A stretch of 64,000 nt of DNA from assembly GCA_045837725.1 (NCBI GenBank), contig JBEWZL010000030.1, positions 248,001-312,000 on the forward strand. Direction: 5' to 3'. This stretch comes from Vermamoeba vermiformis (lineage: Eukaryota). The translations under genes were made by a program, and so were the position numbers. This document shows positions 37,417 through 48,843 of the stretch, in pieces. The notes under the pieces are model-generated. The model was given only the letters and a program-made list of their open reading frames with translations. It did no database searches and was not told the origin of the DNA. Numbering within the stretch: the stretch's first letter is position 1; each line of letters begins with the position of its first letter.

Positions 37417-40400
37417 ATGCCTCTTCCTACGCTTGGACCAATCCCTTTTGTGGCTTGGATAACCGTAGCTGCTGTATTAACCGCCTCGGCTATCATTCTT
37501 CCCGTAGTTTTAACTCTCCCTGAGACGTACTCGTGCAGTCAACAGGATGCGGGTAACTACTACGTGAAGCTCATTGATCCGCCTCAAGTTAACGTCAGCA
37601 GACCGCCAATTGTTTGCCCTTATTACTCCAGTAAGCGTTATAACTACCATCTTGTATGTTGCCGTATTATTAATTGGCAGTAAATTTCAGATCAGACCAT
37701 CGAACTCGACGGAACAGACTTTCTTATTTGGAACGGTCAGAATCCGACCGTTACGCTGGATGGGCGCAATCTAACGATGACTTCTATCAAAATGTGCTCT
37801 GACTTTAACGTTAGAAAGCAATCAGCTCAACTGTAAGTACAGTACTCAAATTCTCCAAATCCATGTGCTAAAAATATCCCTACTCTAGCTGCAACCAAAC
37901 GTTCGTCATTATCCCCCAGATGAACGTTACAACTGCCTACCACCCCAACTTAACATTGACGTTAGGTAATGATTAAAAAGAATTTATCGGTTATTTTGGC
38001 GCGTGACTCAAGTTTTGCGTGATTAGTTCCGCCAGTTCCTCCCCACCCTGCTGCAACTACTAAGGGCGTACCTTGTTTCTCCAGCCAGTAAGTAATAGTA
38101 ACGTCGCCTATCTTGAACACTAGTTAACGGATTTGCCACTCGAAAAGCACCGACGTTTTGACCATCGTTCCTCCCCCTCTGCTCTACACTATCGAACCTC
38201 TCGTCGTTTGCAATGGAACTACACGCGAGATGCAGCTTTCTGGCGCAAACTTTTTGTCCCTCACCCATTCCGCAACGAACGACGGTTACACTTCCTACAA
38301 TTAAGATAAATGATCAATTTACCGTTGATCAAGGATTGATCCGACTCGCAGACTGTCAAACCATCACTGTTAAGGTACAGTTGAATGAAGTATACAACAG
38401 CACAATCGTTAACATCGGATCTAGGGCTACGCCGTATCAAGCTGTGCAACAGTGTACTTTAATATTACCGCTGCTGATCACCAAGCCTTGAATAACCTTA
38501 CCGTGACCAACCCTTCCCCCGCTGATTGCATTAGCACAAGTACCATTCAATTTGGCGTAATTAATACTCCGATCGTCCAACAAGTCGTTCCCGAGGCTTT
38601 ATGCTCTCAAGACGTAAGATAATAATATCTCAAAATAGGACTCTAATCTCATTAATTTCGCTGTAGGACAACTAATACTACCTTGACGTTGACTGGTTCC
38701 ACTTTTATCATCGCCAACGGCTCTCAACCGGTCGTTAGTTTCGCCGGCAAAGAATGGCCTTATACCATCAGCAACTGCAACAACTATACATTGTTTGAAC
38801 AAATTCAAGTGTGTCAAACAATCACGATTGAAAATGTTGTTCCGAGTTCTCTTGTCACCGGAGATTTACCGATCACCGTAATCAATCCCGATCTTTACAG
38901 TTGCCCGTAAGTAATTGATAAGATTTTTGTGAATCGTATCTTTCTAACTCCGTTCCACATTAGTACAACTTCAACCCAAGTCTTGTTTAATGCTGAAGTG
39001 CCTACTGTTGCCGATGTGTATCCCAGAACGATTTGCGCAGGCTCTGGCACCGGCACGATCCAAGTTTCTGGCACGGGCTTTGCGTACATTACCAAAGTCG
39101 AGCTTATTCGTGATTGCTCATGTGAGTAGATCTAGCACAATTAAAGTGTCAATTCTAATGCTTTGTGCAGCGAACCCCGATCCAAACTGTCCTATGACTT
39201 ACAACGGCACTGTGGTCGATGTTAACAACGACACAATGCACGTACAATTCCCTCAAGGAGGTGTTATGATTCCCGATTACTACTACGTCAAAGTGGCCAA
39301 CACCGATAGTTGCTTTGCTCCTCCTACCATTCGAGTGCACGTCAAGCCCGTTGTCTTGCCCTTGTTTGTCGATCCTCCAACTGTCTACACCGGCATCAAT
39401 GTGCAAGTAAGTATTGCGCAGTGCACCAGTTCGACAATGTCAACTAAGATTTTGCTCTAGGTCACCATTTATGTCACTGGCTTGGACGCTCTACCTCAAT
39501 CAGTCTCACTCCTCCACCCAACTTTCGGAAACAACAGCTTGGCGCTGTTCAATTCCACCAACTTCAACAAGGTTTACGCTTTAATTCCTGGCGGTCTTCA
39601 AGCTGGTACCTACGACATCGAGGTAAGAGACTCTGACAAATGAAATCTTTTTTGTCTGACACGTGTTACACTAGATCGTCTCCGTCGACGGCTGCATTGG
39701 TGATCTGGGCGGTCAAGCCTCTTTGACGTCGACCATCAACATTAACGTTGACTCGATCAATCCTTCTTACATTTGGACTAGTACTGGCAGCGACGTTACA
39801 ATCACTTGTAACTCGACTGGCGCGCAGTTCGAACAAATTCCTCGTGTCTATTTGTCTCCCACGAATTCTTCCAGCTTGGCTGTTTCAATCCCTTCTGTTG
39901 GTTTTATTAATAGCCACACTCTTAGTTGCTCTATTCCTTCAGGTATGGACCGCTATTAAATATAACCCATGGCGACACAAATCTGATATTTTTACTTGCA
40001 GGACTTAACCCGGGTCCCTATGACGTCATTGTGGTTAATCCTTCTGGTTCCGTCGGATTTGTTTCACAAGGCATTACGATCACTCAAAATGCTCCTCCTA
40101 GCATTGACACCATTAGCCCCTTGTACTACGCTCCTCAGTCTGGCCAATCAGGAACTATCACTGGTACGTTACTACGGTTTTATTGTCGAACAAAAAGTTC
40201 TAATCTCATGCTAGGCTCGATGTTTGTAACCGGCGCTACACTGTCCACGATCTGCATTCAACCATCTGGCACTCAGACTGTCGTTACCACTCAGACCACC
40301 TTCGTCAGCTCCACTCAATTGACTGCTTCTTGGGACTTCTCCATCGCTCCTCAAGGCTCGGTCTGCACAGTAAGTCATTTCGCATCGAGACTCTTTAGTT

Positions 40401-42359
40401 AAGTACTCATTGGTTAATCAGGTCCGTGTCACAAACCCTGACGGTTCTAACTATCTCTTCTCGGCCATCTCCACGAAGAGTCCTTCAGGAAACTTGTATG
40501 GTTTCTACAACCACCAGACTTTGTCTGAAGGCCGTAGAGGTCACGGAATGGTTGTTGGTCGCGTGACAAAGTAAGTAGTTTTCAATTCGCGAAATATCTT
40601 ACTAATGAATGTGTAGCACGAACCGTCTCATGTACGTTCTCGGAGGTGATACCGGTGCTAAGACCAGTCCTTTGAACATGGTCGAAAGATCTCAGATGGA
40701 CAGTTATGGCAATTTGGGCACCTTCTCATTGACGCCTCTCAACTACCTCTCTGTGAACAAGACTTTCGCTGGCGTGATTACCGTTGGTCGATACATCTAC
40801 GTGATCGGAGGTCACGATGGAACTAGTGCCACAAAAACAGTGCACAGAGCTCGCATTCTCAATCCCGCTGAAGTTCCTCAAATCAGCATTGACGTGAATA
40901 TCCTCACCGGTGCTGTCACTTCCAATCTGACTGCTGGATTCTGGGTCTGGAGTGTTTCTGCCTTGTTCCCTGCTAATGGTAACGAATTGTGTGGCGCGAA
41001 ATATTTTTAACAATAATTGCTAATTACAACGGTTCATCAGATCCCGCTAATCCCAACGGAGAATCATTGCCTAGCGCTGTCATGCCCGTGCAATTACCTT
41101 CAATCGCCAACAAGCTTCAGATGGTGTTATCTTGGAAACCAGTTAGCGGTGCTTCCGGATACAATGTCTACCGCACTCCTCTCGCCAACGCCTCCATGAC
41201 TAACATGCAACTGGTCGCTACTGTTAGCGGCCTGACTTACACTGATAGCGGTGAAAACACGATCAGCACTCAGGCGCCTCTTTCGCAGGGTGATTTAGGC
41301 CAGTGGGACAGCATTAACGTGCCTGCATTGAACACTGCGTAAGTTCTTTTGCTGCCATATCGATTGGAGTACTATATACTAAACGCCTCTTTAGTCGCGA
41401 AGGTCTTTCTGTCTCCGCTGCCGTTAGTCCCATCGATCCCAATATTTTGTAAGTCTCAAAATCCGAGTGTGACTGTTAGACTAATAATGTCGTTATTATA
41501 GCACTACATTTATGCTTGGTTCGGACGTGATGCCTCTGGAACTTACCAGAACACGTACGAAGTGTTGACTGTTAACTCGTCTTTGTCGGACAACCAAGTT
41601 ATTGCTGGTTGGACCACAGTCACGGCTCAAGTTAGCGGCACTGCTTTGACCGCTCGTGCTGATGGAGGTGTCATGACTGTCGTTAATGTGAGTACCCTAC
41701 TTCCTTAATACCGATCCTGTTTATTGATCTTTCGATTCAGTCTGACATTTCCACTGTCACTGGCACAAACACCGATTTCATTATTGCTGGTGGTCAAACT
41801 AGTAGTGGTACCGAACAAACACTTAACGTAAGTTTCCGCAACTATAAATATAACTCTGATACCATAACTAACTTCGAACATTTTAGTCTGCTACCGTTAA
41901 CAATGATGGTACCGTAACAATTGTCAACACAAATTGCAACGGCAAAATTTGCAGTTCTAGGTATGTCTTGATCGATCAAGTTTAGACCACATTTGATCGT
42001 CGGGTCTGATTTGTCTTCTTTACAGTACTCCGGGTGTTGGCTTCTGCGCTATTCAGTCTACCGGTATTGCCTATCTCCTCGGTGGAGGCTCCTCTACAAC
42101 TCGTAAGTTACTCGCACTTGCTGATTTTGGAAAACTGATGTTAACTTTTGTGTTTTTTTTAGCCAACAACGGAGGTGTATCTAACGCCATTACGACTCTT
42201 CCCAGCTTCTCAGGCAACTTTAATAACTTAGGCCAGGGTGGTCAGATGTCTTCCGCTCGAATTTACTTTGCTTGCACTTATGATAGCGCTCGTATCTTCG
42301 TGAGCGGTGGATGGACTGGCACTGCTGTTAGTAACACTCTCGATTCCTCTGCGCAATAA
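37417..42359 (+). CDS. Large secreted or membrane-anchored protein with IPT/TIG (Ig-like), Kelch and FN3-like domains; many exons
   Basis: N-terminal hydrophobic anchor; repeated P-x-(V/I)-x-x-(V/I)-x-P...G-x-x-F and (Y)DV-x-V-x-NP motifs; Kelch motifs MYVLGG, IYVIGGHDG, IFVSGG; FN3-like SWKPVSGASGYNVYR; probable 5'UTR intron about 37050-37382. Confidence 0.8.
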
Positions 42360-42649
42360 AAGCACGGATACGAAACATCCTCATTTTAGCAATAATAAAG
42401 TATTATTTAAGAGCATTCGCAGTTAAATTTTGTAAAACCTCATTCCACTTCATGTCAAGACGATTTTTGTTTCGACCAACAGATCAACAACACGTGTCAC
42501 CTCAACTGAGTCGAAAAGCATCAAGCACGGCTAGTATAAAGTATTTTCCACGCCGTGTAATCATTACCTGAGGGAATAAAAGGTAAACATTATAATATCT
42601 AAATTAAAATATTTTAATTCTTTAACAATTTCCATTTTTTGCCGTAGAT

Positions 42650-44670
42650 ATGGAAGCCTCGCATTTGAAAGGTAATAATTTTACCGAATTTTCTTCTCCT
42701 GAACATAAATTTAGGTATTCCATTTGATCAATTTGAGATCGTTCGAAAAATTGGGGAAGGTGTCAATGGAGAGGTTTATGAAGCTATTTGGCAAGGTCAA
42801 AGTGTTGCCTTAAAGAAATACAAGCAAAAGGACGCCGATATCAGTCAAGAAGAAGCCGCACTAACGTCAGTTTAATATTTAAATGACAGATCGAGCACAA
42901 CTGTTACTCATTCTCATTACAGCGCTGTTAGTCACGATCACGTGATTAAATTGCTGGGTTCTACCACGGATAGGGATGGATACAAGATGCTGGTGATGGA
43001 GTACATGGCCGAAGGGTCTCTGCAAGACTTGCTTCGCCAACCAGATGTGCCACTATATCGTCAACAAATACTCCAAATAGCTGCTGATATCGCAGAGGGT
43101 CTCAAATACCTGCACGAACATCAACCGCATAAAATATTGCATCGCGATCTCAAGCCCGACAACATTTTGGTAACTAGAATTAAATTTTGTTTGTTCAAAT
43201 TAAAAATAATTATTTATATTCTTCTCCGCAGCTGTTTGATAACAAGATGCGAGCCAAAATTACAGACTTTGGATGCGCGCGAATTCTTCTCAAAACCAGC
43301 ACGGAAACTTGCGCCGGGACCATGTACTATATGGCACCGGAAGTGGCAAATATGCAGAAATACAACGAAAAGGCCGATATCTATTCGTAAGTAGCAATGC
43401 AACTACAGTGGTATAGTAACTGCTGATCTTTGTGATCTAGATTCGGTGCGTTACTTTACACTTTGATGCATCCACCGACCCTGCTTCTGATAGACGAATC
43501 GCTCCGCAAGAGCCAGTTGAACGCTGTCAAGGATCCGAAGTTGAAGGAATTATTATTGAAGTGCTGTAGTACGAAACCAAATCAGCGACCATCGGCTGCA
43601 GAGTGCGTGGATGCATTGAACAAGCTTAAAAACCGTGTAATTCAGAGCGTTACTGAAAAGGTGGCGCAATTGGGGCAATTTAAATTGGGGTATCAATTGG
43701 AGATTGACTCGGAGCAGTTTTGGAGCGTTAAGAAGTTACGCGAACAACTTTTTCCATTTCCGACCCCAACAAATAGGGTACGCCTCAATATCTCATGTTA
43801 TCAGCGTTTTAGTTCTAATTACAAAGTAGGCAATGAAGATCCCTGTGAAAATCCTTGTAGCCCCTTTCGAACTCCATCTCTCCGCAATCCATTATTACGC
43901 TCCTCCGCATGTTTCTGGACATAACAAGCATCTTTATTTGGACTCGCACACGTCGGTTTGCTGTTTGGAAACTCAGTAAGTTGTAGCTATGGAATTTCTA
44001 TGTCCAAGTCGATTGACTGGGTTTAGGTCTTGCATTGGTATGACAAGGATTTAGTGGTTGTGAGGGAACCTAAATCAAGCAAAGCGACCATGTTGCTTGA
44101 CATAGCCGAAGTTTGTTACACCCCAGAGCTGGACAAGAAGGTGTGCCTTTTGAGTGTATAAAATCATTAATCTCATTTAATTTTACATTAGGTGATCGAT
44201 TTTATCGTCGATTGGAATGCACACGCGGAGTTCTCTATACTCAAGAACAATTGTCAAACCTTTGTCGCTGAGTTTTTGGAACAAGTCCTGAAGATTAATA
44301 TTACAAACAATATGCAATTTAATGACCCGCTAAGTAAGCATGGAATTAGTCATCTATTCACTAAATAACTTACATAGATAGGTATTTAAAGATACTTAAA
44401 ACCGGGGATGGTACGTCCCCTGTTCTCGTTTCGAACAATCACGGCACGTTTGTCTTTCGCTCACACAAAGAACTGGAGGAGTTCGATTCGAAGCGAGCCA
44501 TTGACGCAACACTGCCGCCCTCAGAGCGGAAATGGAACTTCACTGACGCAGAAGTCAAGCTGCTCAAAGCCTTTCATCGTGGATTTCAATTGCGAGAGAA
44601 TGCGGCAGGAAAAGACAGTTCAGGTTGTATGCATGGTCCGATAGAAACGATTGTAGAAAACGCAGAGTGA
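42650..44670 (+). CDS. TKL-group protein kinase fused to a C-terminal permuted papain-like (PPPDE/LRAT-type) domain; multi-exon
   Basis: [38 protein letters not shown]; then [13 protein letters not shown] and KNNCQTFV. Confidence 0.8.
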
Positions 44671-44911
44671 AGGATTAAGAAACAACTTGTTGATTGTTCT
44701 GAAGCTTGTTCAGTACCGTGACGAGCTCCGCTGTGTCGCTGCTGGTCGACTTGGGGAAAGGGATGAGGTGATGAACGGCCCCTATATGAGGCACGCAATA
44801 CACCCTGAACGAATAAAAGAATTCGCTTTTAGTTCGATCAATCCAATTCTGGTGAAAGGTATTTACTATTGGATTATATTTAACAAGTATTATTTGACAA
44901 TATTATTGCTC

Positions 44912-47900
44912 TTATTCGCTGCCCGAGTCGTAACCATATTCATCATCGACACCGAACACGCCGCCATAACCTTCAGGTCGGTCTCGATACCTGATGGCGC
45001 GGATCTGTTCTTCCAAGTAATTCAATTGCACGTGCGGCATTTTGAACCAATGATTTTCGACCTCTGGATCTGAACTCAGCGCAGCAAATCTCATTTCTTC
45101 AGCACACTTTTCAGCTTGACTGAGGTACTTGATCACATCGGCAGGCTTGTCTTCGAGTAATTTCTGCGACGAGGCCATGGAACTCTGCATCGATTGCACC
45201 TTGCGCTTGGCCTTGGTCACTTCAGCGTCCAAATGACGCTCTTTGTTGCCTTGCACGAGCTCCACTTGCTTCTCGAGCTCAGCGAGCTTCTCGTCAAACA
45301 TTTTCTTGAGCTCATCGAGCTTCTGTTTCAAGCCTGTCTTGACTTCAGTGCCGTTCTTCAACAGATCCGGTCGTTTTTGTTCCACAGTCTCGCTGTACTT
45401 GTTCCACTTAGTGACCTTGTCCTCCATGCTCTTCGTGTACGACTTTAAGTGTTTTTCAATGTCAGGCACGGCGTCTTCAAGTGCCTTGTGCTGATCGTCG
45501 TTGTGTCTCTTGTGCTCGTCGGCGACAATACACGCGGGGCACATGCGCTGCATGACAGCTGTGCAGAACATGAGCACTTCTTGGTTGTGCGTGGGACACA
45601 TCATTGGATCCTCTTTGGCGAGCACTCGTCGCTGTCTAAGTGCGGCTAGGCCTTGATCAGGCAATGGGCTGACAGTGCGGCACAATACACACGAGACGGA
45701 GCCACCAGGGCCTTCATGTTTCTTATTGCTGCGGCGCTGTCTCATGCCCCACGGGTGATGTTGATTCGGATCCTCGGGCTTCGAGAGCTTCGTGGCACAA
45801 GGTGAACAGTAGACGTGTGGCTGAGGACAGTTGGGCAAGACAATGTAATCGACGGGAGATTGTCTGCACACAATGCACACGATATTTGGATCGTAGTTCG
45901 GATCTGACTCGGGATTCAAATTCGATTTCATATCGCGGAACTTCACTTTGCCGGGACTGGGGGCTGGTTTGGGCTTAGCGGCTTCTTTGGCCTCTGAAAC
46001 AGGACGTTAATATTGCAACACGAAATTTCGAGGGGTTATTCCAGCCCTTACCGTTCTCGAACTGTGCTTGCAACATGGCGGCAAATTGAGCGTCAAGATC
46101 AATAATTGGATTGCCACCAACAGGCAGTGTGATCGTGTTGGGATCAGCGGCCTTAGTTCCAGGAGGCACTGTCTTCATCACATCGGCAATAATGTTCTTG
46201 AACACTGTTTGCACAAGGAGAGATTAATGACACGTGTCAGCTAGGGCTTGTGAGGCTTGGACTTACCATCTTGCAAGGCAGGCTTGTCGGTGCTGACAGG
46301 CTGCGTGGGCTGTACAGGTTGTTCAGGGCTCTTGACTTCAGTTGTGTTCGCGGCAGTTGGCTCAGTGACAGCACCAGTGGCGGGCTGTTGTTCTTGTGGC
46401 TGTTCAACGTCCTTCATCTCGTGTTCAGGCACAGGCTCGATGACATTAGTGCTCGGCACATTGTTGACTTGGCTCGTGCTCTCAACTGGCTTAGTCTCAG
46501 TCGGTTCAACTTGCATGGCTGTGGGCTGAATATAAATCAAAGTTAGTTATTTCCTTTTATGGAAAAATATTAATGGGCTGATAACAATAATACTAATATA
46601 TTTACGTTGTCTGTAGTAGTATTATTGTGATCTAGCTTTAATTTCTTAGTTACTTGATTAGCTTCTTTATCCTCAGTTTCTGATTGCGAGATCTGATCTG
46701 CTTTGCGCTTGTTGTTGTTCGTGTTGGCATTAGTGTCTTCCATTGGTTCACCGCGGCGTTTGGCTTCTAGTTTAGTCTTAATAGCGTCTAATCGGCTCAA
46801 GATCGATTTGTAATTAAAAACGCCTCGTGAATCGCCGAACGGATCCTAAAATTTGAGGGTTGAGCCTTTGATGATAATAGGAAGATTTGATTATGGACGT
46901 ACCTCCATGCTCTTGCCGTCAAAAATAGCAGCCTTTTCAACGACGACTTTAACGTAGTTTTCATAATTCTTCAAAAAGTATTCGTCCATTACTTCTTGGA
47001 ACTCTGTGCATGTCAAAAGTGTCAATCGCAGACTTCCACCAAACATGTCAATAGGTGGCACTAGTCCTTACCTTCAATGTTCTCAAAGGTGGGTCGCTCC
47101 ATCATGCCGCACACAGCCACACGCAGTGTTTCATGAATGATGCACTCGTTGTACGCAGTGACGTGGCCCGAGTGACGTTCCTAATTATGAATGCCGCGTC
47201 ATTAGCTCACTTTCCAAATAAGGCAATGGCGCCACTGTGACTTACACTCTCGTAGCCCGGCTCGTTGTGATATGGCGTAGGGTTCATGAGTGATTGAATG
47301 GAGATGAGGGTCGACAACATGGTCTGCACGGAGGTCCAGCCAGGTCCTGACCACGTGCCCAAAATACTCAGACAGACTTTGCCGTTCGCGTACAAATTCG
47401 GATTGAATCGCACTTGGCCGTTGTCCGTAGTAATTCTGAATAGGCATGGTTAATATAAGGGGCTATAATAAAGAAGTATAGGACTTACAATTGGACCTTG
47501 GGCGGTTTCCAAGGATAATCTGACGGATAAATCATGTCAAAATGAAAAAATCCACCTTCGTAAGGTGTTTCTGGCGGACCAATAATCAACGCTTGAACGT
47601 GCGTCACATCATCTTCGTCAATAGTAGCATGACTATATTAGGAGTTAATACTGCTGTTCAAATATGACAGATCCGATTTCAGTTTAATAAAATTAAAATC
47701 AAAGTTTGAAAATTGCTCGCTTGAGTATAGTACTTACATTAACGGATGATTTGATTTGAGAATTTCCTGGTAATCAGATAAAATTCTTTTCACCGCTTCT
47801 TGTGTTGGCGGTGCACGTGGCTCATTGTCCTAGATGTGACGTTAGCTAACTTGTCAAAATGCTTGCGGACCAAAGGCATCACTATAGTAATATTTTAAGT

Positions 47901-48440
47901 ACCTGGTGGTATGGTTTGGGAACTGCGGGCGGGATCCAAGTTGGTTTGGGTTGTTTGTAAGCTTGCTGTTCCGCGTACAGATCTTCTTGCAATTTCATCG
48001 CTAGTTGAAGATCTAGCTCTTCCTATTAAAGAATAATAGCGTGTTATTAAGCGATTAGTCTTAGTAATATTCCTGTACAGAATTGCAATTTGTGTGGACT
48101 GAAATTCACGCACAAAAAATAGGTATTAAAAAATTAAGAATATCCATAATTACGAATTAATAGACCTAACTATCACTTCCTTTGCATCGGGGCGTGTAAA
48201 TAATATTTATAAATAATTTTACCGCTTTTTTAGTTGAAAGTTAGGTCTTGATCAAAGAAAAGTCGATTGTAATAACTTTGATTAGCATAATACTCGTAAA
48301 ATATTTATTACCTGTTTCAAAAATGCCTCATCTTTTTCTACATTCGGGTTTGCGTTGTTAACTTCCGCATCGAACTGTTCCTGAAGTTTCTTGGCCAACT
48401 CTAAATCCGCGTCAAAATCGTCTTCTGGTTTCTCCGACAT
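44912..48440 (-). CDS. Fusion protein: two MIU-like helices, UBE2Z-like E2, disordered linker, RING, B-box, coiled coil; about 11 exons
   Basis: [60 protein letters not shown] (UBE2Z-like); phase-consistent introns run into CIVC...[11 protein letters not shown]...CVLC (C3HC4 RING) and CPTH...FC...MCPAC...HKRH (B-box). Confidence 0.85.
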
Positions 48441-48843
48441 CTATAATATTATTAATAGATTGTGTGGGTTATTTGGTGCTTGTCTGTCACAGTTCCAGTC
48501 ACATCCACAAACTTTAGCAAAAACGGCAAAAGCGAAGTTCAATTCGCCAATCTATCTTTTCAGATTGTAAATTAATTAGTACAAATTGCTCACCTTTTGC
48601 ACTTGTTGTGTGACACGTTAAAATAATGTTCAAAATAAACCTCCCGAAAAGATTTTCTGGCGACAAAAATAGGCCTGGATGCTCAGCCAATTTATTTTAG
48701 CTGTTCATTTTGCCTCACAAACAAGATATTATTGTGCGTATTGTTCAATATAGAGGTGCTGCTCAATTTGGGTATTTTTATTTGGATCCTACAGCAGCTC
48801 ATTGATCAGCCACTCAATAATATTATAGAATTAAATATACAAT

